This document shows positions 24,656-35,334 of a DNA stretch of 64,000 bases, piece by piece; the stretch's first letter is position 1, and every line of letters begins with the position of its first letter. This stretch comes from Christensenellaceae bacterium. Its GTDB lineage: Bacteria; Bacillota; Clostridia; Christensenellales; CAG-138. A program made the translations under genes and the position numbers. Under the pieces are notes generated by a model. It made no database searches and was not told where the DNA came from. It worked only from the letters and a program-made list of their open reading frames with translations. The stretch spans positions 7,310-71,309 of the forward strand of contig JAFLSU010000005.1 of assembly GCA_022510765.1 (NCBI GenBank). Reading direction: 5' to 3'.

Positions 24656-26536
24656 TCAAGGCTTGGGTAGGCTTGCATCGCCGGTTCCGTAATGGATCTC
24701 ACCTCGAACGCTGCTGTAGATATCCTGATAGAGCCGAACGGGATCGCCTACGGGATTCCCATCGGCATCGAACTTCTGGCGATAAACATTGACCGTATAA
24801 CCGTTTCTCGCGGTAATCACGGTCTTGCTGTAGCCCTTTGGCCAAAGCGGTTCGGCCACCTTTATCGGCTCCGGAGGTTCGGTGACGCTCACGGTTTCCG
24901 ACCAGACCCTGTAGGTGCTGCCGTCCTCCGGAATCTCTCCGAAAATATAAACGTAAGCAATGCGTTTATCCATATCGGTGTATGTGAGCAGATACAGCGG
25001 GGAATCCGTTGCAGGCGACCAAACGAGATCCGGCCCTCCGGTGGATACCGTTGCGTCAAGCCCCATATCCACATAGCTGCCGGGAATTGAGTGATGCCTG
25101 CGTGATACGATTTCCATATCGTCGCCTAAAAGCAGCAGAGCATTATAAAGGGTCGAGCTGATTTGACATATACCGCCGCCGGGGCTATCGACGTACTCGC
25201 GTCCGCCGGATATGCCTGGTGCTTGAAGCCAGCCGCCTGCCTCGGTGCGAGGGCCGAGTATCTCGTTGTAGCTGAGCTCCTCCCCCGGATTCATGACTAT
25301 ACAGTTAAGCAATGCGTTGGCTTTTTGAACGTTGCGCGCTCTGAAGCTGCTACTGCTTTTAAACTCGGTTGAAAAGCTTGCAAGCTTTTTTACCGATGCC
25401 ATAAGCACATCAGGGGTGGATTCGGGAGCGACCTCCTCAAGCGATGCTTCGATCTTCGCCGTGTAATCTCCGGCATAAAATGCAGCTATAATGCTCTCCC
25501 ACATCGGTTCCTTATTCAATACATGACCGTTTGCACCATAATGATAAATTATATCTGCAATCGCGTCGCCATTCGGCGCATAAATCGTTTCGGAATCGTA
25601 AACATCATGCGTTGAGCCGCCGGTTCCGTAGCCGGGCTTTCCTCCGCCCGTAAGATTTTTAAGGGTAACATACGGTTCAACGGCAGCCTTATCAATGGAG
25701 GAAGCAAGCGTAGTGACGCGCTGGACGACGCTCGATTCATCCAGCGTAAGAGTGTACTTCAAATCAACTCCCTCGGAAGCAACGCGCATACGCTCCTGAT
25801 AGTTTGCGTAAAAGTCGGTTTCGCTTTCGCGGCCAATGGTAAACGCTTCGTGCAGCACCTCGTCAAGATCGGTCGTAATATTAAAACTGCTTGAAGTAAG
25901 CAGGAGGCTGACATTATCGACCACTACAGACATATTGATACTTAGAAGCTCATCGCTTATCATGTCGAGAAGCAGAGAACGCGCTTCCTCGTATGTAAGA
26001 CCGCCGATGGGTACTCCGTTTATCGAAACACCGCTACAATAAGTACCGTCATCGGTATAATCGAAGGACTGCCCGTCAACGCAGCCGAGAATGTGATTGT
26101 AGCCATATGAATCCTTTTCGACTGTAACAAAATTGTTAGCATTGTAATCGTCAACCGCAGCCAAGTGATCCTTTTTAATGGCGCCTCTGACAATAAGCAT
26201 CCCGATACAGGCAGCACCTAAAACTCCTCCCGCGCAGATGAGCGAGAGCCGCCTGATACTAAAATGCTTACTTTTTAGTCTTGGAGCTCCATTCGATGAA
26301 GTATTTCGCTGCGAGGTTTCACGCCGCGTGCGCACACCGTGCGAACGCTGCGAAGTTTCGCTCCGCTCCGACGCAAGTTCGTTATCAAAAGCAATATCGT
26401 CGTGAGTATTTCCTGCCAAAGATATACCTCCGAAAACTTGAATAGTAGTTGTTGCGCTACGGCAGACAATAGGGGGATTACCACAAATGTCCACATCATA
26501 CATTATAGCCAAATTATACTCGGACTTCAAGAACAT
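24656..26536 (-). CDS. VanW-family protein with N-terminal membrane anchor
   Basis: 626 aa. The TM segment LICAGGVLGAACIGMLIV is followed by the VanW core YVDSPGGGICQISSTLYNALLLLGDDMEIVSRRHHS. Start codon uncertain. Confidence 0.8.
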   Translation of the reverse strand: MFLKSEYNLAIMYDVDICGNPPIVCRSATTTIQVFGGISLAGNTHDDIAFDNELASERSETSQRSHGVRTRRETSQRNTSSNGAPRLKSKHFSIRRLSLICAGGVLGAACIGMLIVRGAIKKDHLAAVDDYNANNFVTVEKDSYGYNHILGCVDGQSFDYTDDGTYCSGVSINGVPIGGLTYEEARSLLLDMISDELLSINMSVVVDNVSLLLTSSSFNITTDLDEVLHEAFTIGRESETDFYANYQERMRVASEGVDLKYTLTLDESSVVQRVTTLASSIDKAAVEPYVTLKNLTGGGKPGYGTGGSTHDVYDSETIYAPNGDAIADIIYHYGANGHVLNKEPMWESIIAAFYAGDYTAKIEASLEEVAPESTPDVLMASVKKLASFSTEFKSSSSFRARNVQKANALLNCIVMNPGEELSYNEILGPRTEAGGWLQAPGISGGREYVDSPGGGICQISSTLYNALLLLGDDMEIVSRRHHSIPGSYVDMGLDATVSTGGPDLVWSPATDSPLYLLTYTDMDKRIAYVYIFGEIPEDGSTYRVWSETVSVTEPPEPIKVAEPLWPKGYSKTVITARNGYTVNVYRQKFDADGNPVGDPVRLYQDIYSSVRGEIHYGTGDASLPKP

Positions 26537-26634
26537 TAACGAATATAATATTGACTTACCTGTTAAATTTATGATGCAATTTTAAGATACTTACATTCAT
26601 TTTGCGAAATGCATTGGATATTAGTAATTTTTTG

Positions 26635-26663
26635 TTGACATTCCTCATAAATAATGGCATAAT
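26635..26663 (+). promoter_or_regulatory. candidate promoter of carbamate kinase gene
   Basis: TTGACA (26635-26640), 17 nt spacer, CATAAT (26658-26663). Confidence 0.4.
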
Positions 26664-26709
26664 GCTATTCAGCGGTTGAAAAGCCGCAATTTTTTCTTGG
26701 AGAATTGAA

Positions 26710-27648
26710 ATGAATAGAATAGTAATTGCACTTGGTGGAAACGCGCTTCAGGAGGCCGGCAAACCCGCAACCGCTGAATCTCAGCATGAGGTTGTTGAAG
26801 CTACTTCCGAGTACATTGCAGATATAATAGAAAACCAATATGAAGTTGTGCTTGCGCACGGCAACGGCCCACAAGTAGGAAGGATAGTTCTCCAAAATGA
26901 ATATGCAAATGCTATCACTCCGGCCATGCCCTTCGATGTTTGCGGCGCAATGAGCCAGGGTTATATCGGGTATCATATTCAGCAGGGACTTCAGAAGGCA
27001 CTTCGTGCAAGGAACATTGACAGGCGTGTCGTCACCGTCGTTACACAGGTCGTTGTCGATAAGGATGATCCAAAATTCTTAAATCCCTCCAAACCCATCG
27101 GCCCCTTCTATGATGAGGCTGAAGCGAAACGGATTGCATCCGAAAAGGGGTATGTGATGAAGGAGGATTCGGGAAGAGGCTGGCGCAGGGTCGTCGCCTC
27201 CCCCATGCCCGTTGAAATCGTCGAACTTGATGCCGTAAAGTGCCTGATAGACGGCGGATTTGTTGCCGTGACCGTTGGCGGCGGTGGCATTCCGGTCATC
27301 AAGGATGAAAACGGCAATCTCATGGGCACTGCTGCGGTTATAGACAAAGATCTCGCGTCAGAACGCCTTGCAGAGGACATCGATGCCGACGCACTCGTCA
27401 TCCTGACCGCAGTCGAAAAGGTCTGCATCAATTTTGGTAAGCCCGAACAGCAGTCGCTCTCCAAAATGACGGTTGACGAAGCGCGCAGATACATTGCCGA
27501 AGGTCATTTCGCACCCGGCTCCATGCTCCCCAAGGTCGAAGCCGCCGTCAAGTTTGTTGAAAGCAAGCCCGGCAGGAAGGCTATCATCACCTCCCTTGAT
27601 AAGGCGGTCGAAGCGCTCCAAGGCATTGCCGGAACCACGATAGCATAG
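26710..27648 (+). CDS. arcC: carbamate kinase
   Basis: 312 aa. MNRIVIALGGNAL..., HGNGPQVG, GGGGIPV and AVIDKDLAS are the amino-acid-kinase fold with the carbamate kinase signature. Confidence 0.88.
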   Translation: MNRIVIALGGNALQEAGKPATAESQHEVVEATSEYIADIIENQYEVVLAHGNGPQVGRIVLQNEYANAITPAMPFDVCGAMSQGYIGYHIQQGLQKALRARNIDRRVVTVVTQVVVDKDDPKFLNPSKPIGPFYDEAEAKRIASEKGYVMKEDSGRGWRRVVASPMPVEIVELDAVKCLIDGGFVAVTVGGGGIPVIKDENGNLMGTAAVIDKDLASERLAEDIDADALVILTAVEKVCINFGKPEQQSLSKMTVDEARRYIAEGHFAPGSMLPKVEAAVKFVESKPGRKAIITSLDKAVEALQGIAGTTIA

Positions 27649-27960
27649 CATCGATTTGGATATTGTCTAACAACACATAATCGAATTATATTTTTGAAAA
27701 TCGACATATGAAACGAGCTGCCCATGCACTTGCATGGACGGTTCGTATGTTGAGGTTCAATGTCAATAGTTGAAGTTGAGCCTTTATTGACAATTTTTTG
27801 CTCAATACCGCCAAATTTGTGCATTCTGGTCTTGCAAAATCCGTTTTTTTGTTATACCATATTGCTGGATATGCCTGCCTGCGGTATTCCGCTATGTGAC
27901 ATCCGCATTGTGGACAGGCACAAACCAAGTACGAATAAAAACTTCGGAGGATTTTGTGAT

Positions 27961-28263
27961 ATGAAGATTATCACAACCGGCGTTGCCGGAACTATGGAAT
28001 CCAGTGACATCATCGTTCGGATCGAGCCTAAGGACACCCCGGGCGTTGAGCTTACGCTTGAGAGCGATGTCATGCAGCAGTTCGGCAAACAGATTGAGAA
28101 GGTTATCAGAGAAACGCTCACTGACCTTGGTATAGAGGACGCGTTTGTGAATGCCGTAGATAAGGGTGCGCTCGATTGCACGGTCGCCGCGCGTACCATG
28201 GCTGCTGCCTACCGCGCCGCCGAAAACACCGATTATGTCTGGAAAGAGGTTACCGAAAAATGA
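27961..28263 (+). CDS. citD: citrate lyase acyl carrier protein (gamma subunit)
   Basis: 100 aa. MKIITTGVAGTMESSDIIVRIEP... includes the prosthetic-group Ser region ESSD. Confidence 0.9.
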   Translation: MKIITTGVAGTMESSDIIVRIEPKDTPGVELTLESDVMQQFGKQIEKVIRETLTDLGIEDAFVNAVDKGALDCTVAARTMAAAYRAAENTDYVWKEVTEK

Positions 28264-29153
28264 ATGAAAGGTTAAGAAGGAGCATGCTCTTCGTACCCGG
28301 CAATAACCCGGGTATGATCAGAGATGCTCATATATATGGTTCGGATTCCATAATGTTCGACCTCGAGGACAGCGTGTCCATAACCGAAAAGGACGCGGCT
28401 CGTTTCCTCGTTTACAAAGCGCTTACTACTTTACATTATGGTTCAAAAGAGCTCGTCGTTCGTATAAACGATCTGAGCAGCGGACTCGGCATCGCGGACC
28501 TTGAAGCCATCGTTCGCGCGCGTCCCGATGTTATACGTCTACCCAAGACCGAAAACGCTCAGGACGTTATCGATTGTGAACGCGAGATAGAGCGCATCGA
28601 GCGCGAAGCCGGCATCCCCATCGGTTCCACCGGTATGATGGCCGCGATCGAGAGCGCGGCTGGCGTACTCAATGCTAAAGAAATCGCATTTTCATCCAAG
28701 CGTCTTATCGGAATCGCTCTCGGCGCAGAGGATTACGTCACGGACCTTAAGACCACTCGTTCTCCGGAAGGTGTCGAGCTGATGTTCGCAAGGGGCATGA
28801 TAGTGAACGCGGCAAAGGCCGCCGGAATCATGGCACTTGATACGGTCTATTCCGACGTTAACAATGAGGAAGGCTTCATTGCGGAAGCAACGCTTATCCG
28901 CCGCATGGGATTTGACGGCAAATCAATCATCAACCCCCGTCAGGTCGCTCCCCTTCACGCAGTATTTACTCCTTCCGAAAAGGATCTTAAGAAGGCTATG
29001 GCGATCATGGAGGCCATTGCTGAGGCTAACGCAAGGGGTTCCGGCGTTGCAAGTCTGAACGGCAAGATGATCGATAAGCCCGTAGTTGCAAGGGCGCAGT
29101 ACCTGCTTGAGCTTGCCGAGAAATCAAAGACGATGCCCGTTGAGGAGGTTTAA
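28260..29153 (+). CDS. citE: citrate (pro-3S)-lyase beta subunit (citryl-CoA lyase)
   Basis: The start ATG overlaps the citD stop (ATGAATG). MNERLRRSMLFVPGNNPGMI..FDLEDSV. Confidence 0.92.
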   Translation: MNERLRRSMLFVPGNNPGMIRDAHIYGSDSIMFDLEDSVSITEKDAARFLVYKALTTLHYGSKELVVRINDLSSGLGIADLEAIVRARPDVIRLPKTENAQDVIDCEREIERIEREAGIPIGSTGMMAAIESAAGVLNAKEIAFSSKRLIGIALGAEDYVTDLKTTRSPEGVELMFARGMIVNAAKAAGIMALDTVYSDVNNEEGFIAEATLIRRMGFDGKSIINPRQVAPLHAVFTPSEKDLKKAMAIMEAIAEANARGSGVASLNGKMIDKPVVARAQYLLELAEKSKTMPVEEV

Positions 29154-29156
29154 CCG

Positions 29157-30692
29157 ATGGAAATCAAGAGTATTCCGCATATTAATGAAATTTCCGCATT
29201 CCATGGCGAATACAATCCCGAGGACTGCGAAAAAAAGAGTACGATGCGCTTTGTCGAGCGTCAGCAGCAGAGCAGGAAGGTTCTCCCCTCCATTGAAGAA
29301 GCAATACGCCGTTCCGGGCTTAAGGACGGCATGACGATCTCCTTCCATCATCATTTCAGGAATGGCGATTATGTCGTCAATATGGTTGTGGACGCGATCG
29401 CGAACATGGGCATCAAAAACCTTACCCTTGCAGCAAGCTCCCTTACCGACTGCCATTGGCCCCTTATCGAGCATATCAAAAACGGCGTTATCACCCATAT
29501 TGAGACGAGCGGCCTTCGCGGTAAGCTTGCCGAAGCCGTAAGCCGCGGGCTTATGGACTTCCCAATCATCTTCCGTTCCCATGGCGGTCGTGCGGCAGCT
29601 ATTGAAACGGGTGAGCTGCATATCGACGTTGCATTCCTTGGTGCGCCGAGCTGCGACCCCTACGGCAATGCAAACGGTTATAACCGTGATGATGAAAACG
29701 GCTCATGCTGCGGCTCCCTCGGCTATGCAAAGCTTGATGCCCAGCATGCCGATACATGCATCATCATCACCGATCATCTTGTAAATTTCCCCAATGCGCC
29801 CTTCGGCATTCCTGAGTCCCGCGTAGATTACGTTGTCGTTGTCGATAACATCGGCGACCCCAAAGGCATAATGAGCGGCGCGACCCGTTACACCAAGAAT
29901 CCCAAGGAACTGCTTATCGCAAGAACTGCCGCCAACGTAATAGAAGCGAGCGGCTATTTTGAGGATAATTTCTCCATGCAGATGGGTTCGGGCGGAGCAA
30001 GCCTCGCGACCGCAAGGTTCCTAAGAGACAAGATGCTTGCAAAGAATATTAAGTGCCGCTTCGCCCTCGGCGGAATCACGGGTCAGATCGTCCAGATGCA
30101 TGAAGAAGGTCTGGTCAAGAAGATACTCGACGTACAATCCTTCGACCTGATAGCCGCGAATTCGCTGAAAAACAACCGTTTCCATCAGCAGATCGACGCT
30201 TCCTATTATGCAAGTTATGTGAACAAGGGTGCGGCTGTCAACCAGCTCGATTTCGTAATCCTTTCGGCACTTGAAATCGACGTAAACTTTAACGTAAATG
30301 TAATGACTGGTTCGGACGGCGTCATCAGGGGCGCAGTCGGCGGTCATCCCGATACCGCTGCAGGCGCAAGCCTTACGGTCGTCACCGCTCCGCTGCTCCG
30401 TGGAAGAATACCCACGGTTTGCGAGAAGGTCAATACCATATGCACCCCCGGAAATACCATTGATGTACTCGTTACCGACCAGGGTGTTGCGGTTAACCCG
30501 TCCCGTCCTGAACTTAAGGAACGGCTCGAAGCCGCAGGTCTGCCCGTCACGACAATAGAAAAGCTCAAGGAGCGCGCCGAGAAGATCGTCGGAAAACCCG
30601 AACCGATACGCTATACCGACCGCATCGTAGGCGTACTCATGTACAGAAACAACACCGTCATAGATGTGATTCGTCAGATAAAGGAAGACTGA
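29157..30692 (+). CDS. citF: citrate lyase alpha subunit (citrate CoA-transferase)
   Basis: 511 aa, in the usual position after citE. ISFHHHFRNGD motif region. Confidence 0.92.
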   Translation: MEIKSIPHINEISAFHGEYNPEDCEKKSTMRFVERQQQSRKVLPSIEEAIRRSGLKDGMTISFHHHFRNGDYVVNMVVDAIANMGIKNLTLAASSLTDCHWPLIEHIKNGVITHIETSGLRGKLAEAVSRGLMDFPIIFRSHGGRAAAIETGELHIDVAFLGAPSCDPYGNANGYNRDDENGSCCGSLGYAKLDAQHADTCIIITDHLVNFPNAPFGIPESRVDYVVVVDNIGDPKGIMSGATRYTKNPKELLIARTAANVIEASGYFEDNFSMQMGSGGASLATARFLRDKMLAKNIKCRFALGGITGQIVQMHEEGLVKKILDVQSFDLIAANSLKNNRFHQQIDASYYASYVNKGAAVNQLDFVILSALEIDVNFNVNVMTGSDGVIRGAVGGHPDTAAGASLTVVTAPLLRGRIPTVCEKVNTICTPGNTIDVLVTDQGVAVNPSRPELKERLEAAGLPVTTIEKLKERAEKIVGKPEPIRYTDRIVGVLMYRNNTVIDVIRQIKED

Positions 30693-30693
30693 T

Positions 30694-31674
30694 TTGAGCT
30701 TTATCGTATCGGAAGCCGTGGACCTATATGGTCCACGGCTCGAAAAAATCAAACACTTTCTTGGCACAATGGGGCTGAGATACGAGGGCGATGCGGAATA
30801 CACCGTCTTTTTGACCGATGACGACGGGGAAATCCTCGGCAGCGGTTCCCTTTGCGGAAGCGTCCTTAAATACATTGCAGTCGCGGATTCGCTTCAAGGC
30901 GAGGGCGGAGCAGCGGCGATCGTCAGTCGCCTTGTGCAGTATGCTTACCTTCACGGACGAAAAAAGCTCTTTTTGTTTACTAAGCCTAAAAATGAACCGA
31001 TGTTCCGAAGTCTTGGCTTTTTTGCTCTGGCAGAGACCCGTGATGTTATCTACATGGAAAACAGCCGCTCGGGACTTAAAAACTATCTTGATTCGCTTGA
31101 AAAAGGCAGCGGTGTGCAGGGTGCAATAGTTGCAAACTGCAACCCTTTCACGCTTGGACATCAGTATCTGATGGAAAAAGCGGCTGGGCTTGTGGATACG
31201 CTGCATGTGTTCATCGTCAGCGAAAATAAATCAGAGTTTCCGTTCGACGTGCGGTTTGAGCTTGTAAAAAAGGGGACGGCGCATATTAAAAACCTCATTC
31301 TTCACGAGAGCGGAGATTACATAATCTCCCACGCGACTTTCCCTACATATTTTATAAAGAGCAGCGCAAACGCCAATATGGTGAATGCGGAACTCGATTT
31401 AACATTGTTCTGCCTAAGAATCGCTCCGGCTCTCGGAATAACAAAGCGTTTTGTGGGTACGGAACCGTTTTGCAAGGTAACTCGTGAATATAACGAACGC
31501 ATGAAACAGCTTTTGCCCGATCATGGCATCGAGGTCATTGAAATCCCCCGAAAGGACGATATAAGCGCAAGCAGCGTGCGCAATGCGATTGCCAATTGGG
31601 ATACTGAAACGCTGCGAATGCTTTTGCCTGACGTGACGTTTGATTATATAACGAGCAATTTACTTAACAAATGA
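30694..31674 (+). CDS. citC: [citrate (pro-3S)-lyase] ligase
   Basis: 326 aa, TTG start. N-terminal acetyltransferase-like part plus a nucleotidyltransferase part (NCNPFTLGHQYL). Confidence 0.85.
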   Translation: MSFIVSEAVDLYGPRLEKIKHFLGTMGLRYEGDAEYTVFLTDDDGEILGSGSLCGSVLKYIAVADSLQGEGGAAAIVSRLVQYAYLHGRKKLFLFTKPKNEPMFRSLGFFALAETRDVIYMENSRSGLKNYLDSLEKGSGVQGAIVANCNPFTLGHQYLMEKAAGLVDTLHVFIVSENKSEFPFDVRFELVKKGTAHIKNLILHESGDYIISHATFPTYFIKSSANANMVNAELDLTLFCLRIAPALGITKRFVGTEPFCKVTREYNERMKQLLPDHGIEVIEIPRKDDISASSVRNAIANWDTETLRMLLPDVTFDYITSNLLNK

Positions 31675-33185
31675 GCAGCACAACAATAAACTTATCCCCT
31701 TATAACCACTTGACCGAGCGCATTGTTTCCGTTTCCGACATGGCGGATAGGCGCGAAAAAAGAGCCTGTGAACAGCGCAGCTTAATCGAACGGCACAAAC
31801 TCCCCATTATTTGCATCACTATGAATATAGCCGGGCCCATCAAGCGCAGCGGACTTATAGATTGGGCTTTTTTTCGTGCGCTGGGTGAAGTTCAAAGAAG
31901 TTTGAACGTTGATGCCGAAAACGTTTGTAATATCGATAGTATTATCGCGGAAGTTCAATACATTTTTGAGAAAACTGGCTGTGAAGCGATGTTTGCCGTT
32001 CGTCTCGATCCCAAAGAAGCCAAGCGGCGCATGGTTGAGCTGGAGGATGGTTCCGATCTTGGCCGGCTTTTTGATATCGATGTCATAGGCATGGACGGCA
32101 ATAAGCTGAGTCGCAGCGAACCACGACGCTGCCTCATCTGCGGTGGGACCGCCGCCGTCTGCGCGCGAAGCCGCGCTCACATGGTCGAAGAACTGCAAGA
32201 TCATACAAGAGCGATAATTTCCACCGCGCTTAGTGATAGAATAGCGGATCTGGCGGCTCGTGCGCTGTATGAGGAGGTTCACACTACACCAAAACCCGGG
32301 CTTGTGGATGAGCGCAACAGCGGTGCGAACTCTGATATGGATATTACCTTGTTCGAGCGAAGTATAGCCGCGATCAAACCGTATTTTCGGAGAATGGCGG
32401 AAGCTGCGCTTAAGTTTTGCTCTCAAAATGCCCGAAGCCAAGTCGATGCTGAATGCGTTTGTATCAAAGAATCCTATACCGGAATCTACAAAGAATTTTC
32501 CGGCATAAGCTATAATGCGCTGATGACTGAGCTTAGGTACATCGGGATAGAAGCCGAACGAGCGATGCTTGCAGCGACAAACGGGGTCAATACCCACCGG
32601 GGTGCGATATATTCGCTTGGACTTATCGTATCCGCATATGCACTCGTCATCGGGGATGATGCCCAAAACGCTATGGCTAATGCCCGTCATGAAAATGGCT
32701 GCGATATCGTCTCACAATGCGTTCTTCACGCCGCAAAGCTCGCATCCTCCATACCATATGATGAAAATGCCACCACCAACGGTGCAATCGTGCGAAGAGC
32801 CTACGGCGTTGGAGGTGCCATTGAGCAGGCACAATCGGGTTTTCCGCTTGCGATGCTTGCAAAAAAACTTCAAAAGGAGTATGATGTTATGAATGGGACT
32901 GTGCATGTTCCATCCATTGTAAACGGTTGGACGTATGCACTGCTCGGAATAATGGCGGAATTGGATGACAACAACGCTCTTAAGCGTGGCGGACGCTCGG
33001 GCGCGGATTTTGTAAAATCCCATGCGTTTGAACTCTTAAATCGCGGTGTCAATCTGCAGCTTAGCGAATTGCAGCACTTCGATGATGAGCTTATCAAGCG
33101 CAATATAAGCTGTGGCGGAGCTGCGGATATGCTAAGCGTGGCAATCATGCTGCATATGATAGAAGGTGACTGCAGGATCAACTGA
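31671..33185 (+). CDS. citXG: fused CitX (holo-ACP synthase) / CitG (triphosphoribosyl-dephospho-CoA synthase)
   Basis: 504 aa. The N-terminal half has NIAGPIK...LFDIDV (CitX-like). The C-terminal half has TPKPGLVDERNSGANSDMD...NTHRGAIYSLG (CitG-like). Confidence 0.8.
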   Translation: MSSTTINLSPYNHLTERIVSVSDMADRREKRACEQRSLIERHKLPIICITMNIAGPIKRSGLIDWAFFRALGEVQRSLNVDAENVCNIDSIIAEVQYIFEKTGCEAMFAVRLDPKEAKRRMVELEDGSDLGRLFDIDVIGMDGNKLSRSEPRRCLICGGTAAVCARSRAHMVEELQDHTRAIISTALSDRIADLAARALYEEVHTTPKPGLVDERNSGANSDMDITLFERSIAAIKPYFRRMAEAALKFCSQNARSQVDAECVCIKESYTGIYKEFSGISYNALMTELRYIGIEAERAMLAATNGVNTHRGAIYSLGLIVSAYALVIGDDAQNAMANARHENGCDIVSQCVLHAAKLASSIPYDENATTNGAIVRRAYGVGGAIEQAQSGFPLAMLAKKLQKEYDVMNGTVHVPSIVNGWTYALLGIMAELDDNNALKRGGRSGADFVKSHAFELLNRGVNLQLSELQHFDDELIKRNISCGGAADMLSVAIMLHMIEGDCRIN

Positions 33186-33235
33186 TATATCCTGCTTGAG
33201 GTATGCTCTCAAACCAAACCTGCGGTAAAATATAA

Positions 33236-34030
33236 ATGGATACCAGACCTATAGGCATTTTCGACTCCGGCATGGGCGGAATAAGTTTGCTCCGCGATGC
33301 GCTGCGAATGCTGCCGACCGAAAACTTTATTTACTACGGCGATAATCTCCATGCACCCTACGGCGATAAAACGGAGGATGAGATCCTCGGGCTTACCTCG
33401 GATGCGGCTGATTTTCTCATTGATCACGGAGTAAAAGCACTCGTACTTGCCTGCAATACCGCAACGAGCGCATCGATAAATATGCTCAGGCAAAAGCTCG
33501 ATGTTCCCGTGGTGAGCATTGAGCCTGCGATTAAGCCCGCCTGCGAGGCTGGCGGTGACGGCAAGGTATTCATGCTTGCGACCGTTGCGACCACAATGCT
33601 TGCAAGATACCACGCGCTTCAGGCTCGTATGCCCGACCCCGACAGGGTCATAAATGTAGGCTGTTCGGGTCTGGTTGACCGCATTGAGCAGGGCATTACT
33701 GATGACGATGCCTTCGATGATATACTTGATCGCTGTCTTTCACAGTATCATGGTATGAAAGCTGATTCTATCGTGCTTGGCTGCACGCATTTTCCTTTCA
33801 TTGCTAGAGCAATCGAGCGCTATTTCAAGCTTCACTTTACAGGCGAATGCCGCCTTATCGACGGGAACGCTGCCACGGTTCGCCAGCTTGAGCGAGTGCT
33901 TGACAGCAGTCAGTTGATTAATTGCGTTGGCGAAGGGCGTGCGGAATTCTTTACAAGCGGGGATAGGGATGCACTTTTTCCGCTGTTTGAGCGGTTCTTA
34001 AATGCTCCGATCTATTATCAGAAATTGTAA
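33236..34030 (+). CDS. murI: glutamate racemase
   Basis: 264 aa with IGIFDSGMGGIS, LACNTAT and LGCTHFP. Confidence 0.93.
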   Translation: MDTRPIGIFDSGMGGISLLRDALRMLPTENFIYYGDNLHAPYGDKTEDEILGLTSDAADFLIDHGVKALVLACNTATSASINMLRQKLDVPVVSIEPAIKPACEAGGDGKVFMLATVATTMLARYHALQARMPDPDRVINVGCSGLVDRIEQGITDDDAFDDILDRCLSQYHGMKADSIVLGCTHFPFIARAIERYFKLHFTGECRLIDGNAATVRQLERVLDSSQLINCVGEGRAEFFTSGDRDALFPLFERFLNAPIYYQKL

Positions 34031-34139
34031 ATAAATCATTTGGCACCGCTTTTTTAACATTCGTATTATAAGAATGAGGCCCCCCATCGGGAAACCTCAT
34101 TGCATTTATATGCTTCAACATTCTATTGTCTGGCTATAA

Positions 34140-34364
34140 TTACTCTGGGTCAACTGACCATTTCCTGCTAACGATGTATGATATTAGATCATCTATATTT
34201 TTTCCGTAACCGTTTACTTCGCCGTTCTCATCTAACCCCTTGCTGCAGAGCTCATCAATCAATAAATCAATGTAAGGCTCAATGCATTCTTCGCTGCCTA
34301 TTGCCCCGTAGGGTACGTTAAACGGCTTCAGATCGCTGTTTCGATTTAAGATAATCTCATTTAT
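34140..34364 (-). pseudogene. start-less 74-codon open frame abutting the IS left end (probably truncated by the IS)
   Basis: INEIILNRNSDLKPFNVPYGAIGSEECIEPYIDLLIDELCSKGLDENGEVNGYGKNIDDLISYIVSRKWSVDPE, stop TAA 34140-34142. It contains no Met. Removing the IS plus one TA joins it in frame to a GTG-initiated 12-codon stretch at 35225-35262. Confidence 0.3.
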
Positions 34365-34366
34365 CC

Positions 34367-35224
34367 TAGATAGTGTCTACATGAGTCAAGCACGAACGGC
34401 AGCCCAAATTGCAATGCAGCGAACCTGAATAGCTGCAATAAAAGCATCGATAGTTTTCGCATAGCGCGTAGCAATGCCCCTCCAGCGCTTTAAGATGAGA
34501 AAGCAGTTCTCAACCAAATGGCGAAGTTTGTATAGATATTTATCATATTCCCGTTGTTCTTTACGATTTTTCTTTGGTGGAATAACAGCTTCCATGCCTT
34601 CTGATAGCGCATAGGCAACAATACTATCTGTATCGTAGCCACGGTCTGCCAGCAATGCTTGTGCTGAAATGCCTTCTATCAAGTGGACAGCTTCTTTGCA
34701 ATCCGCTCTGGTACCTTCTGTAACAAGGATTCTGACTGGCATACCATGCGCATCCACGGCCAAATGTACTTTGGTGTTGAGCCCCCTTTTGTACGAGCCA
34801 TATCCTGATTGCCGCCACGCGCTCCTGCTGCGTGTGGATGTACTTTGATATGACTGGCATCTATCATAAGCCATTCGTAATCTGGCTCATCGATCAAGAT
34901 TTCGAGCAGCTTTTCCCAAACTCCTTTTCTGCGCCACCGAATAAAACGTTGATGTACAGTACCCCATTTCCCATAATCCGGCGGCAGATCACGCCATGGA
35001 GAACCCGTGCGCAATATCCAAAATACAGCATTAATAAAGCGTCGGTTGTCTTGGGCTACGCCGCCCCATTGACCACGCTGACCGGGCAGGTGTGGTTCTA
35101 ACAGTGCCCACACCTCATCACTTATGTCGTGCCTGTGATAGGAAGCAGTATCCATGTCTTTTTACCTCCATTTTTGATGCTTCCATTATATCACAATATC
35201 AATATCTTGTGTAGACACTATCTA
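34367..35224 (-). mobile_element. IS5-family (IS427/IS1031-like) insertion sequence, about 0.86 kb
   Basis: Terminal inverted repeats TAGATAGTGTCTACA (34367-34381) and TGTAGACACTATCTA (35210-35224). The outermost TA on each side may be the target duplication. Encodes a two-frame DDE transposase. Confidence 0.85.
34386..35155 (-). CDS. IS5-family transposase, orfA/orfB joined by a probable -1 frameshift
   Basis: orfA (34679..35155) has the DUF4096-type N-terminus (ISDEVWALLEPHLPG...FINAVFWILRTGSPWRDLP). orfB (34386..34874) has the DDE part (NTKVHLAVDAHGMPV...LLADRGYD...RHLVENCF). The frames overlap at ACAAAAGGGGGCTC (about 34780-34795), giving ...ARTKGG / LNTKVH.... Confidence 0.8.
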
Positions 35225-35334
35225 ACTTCCGGATTATCATTTGGTTTATGTCTCACTCAAAATCCTTTTTCTCTGCTTTTCGTAAAAATCTCAAATCAGC
35301 ACGCTGTACACGCTTGCTTGGTCTATCTCATCGG

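Noticed and set aside
31782-32690. 302-aa minus-strand ORF inside citXG, and similar antisense ORFs inside citF/citC (30021..30875) and etfB (17747..18547)
   Set aside because: They are antisense shadows within tightly packed, recognisable plus-strand operons. They have no RBS and no motifs.
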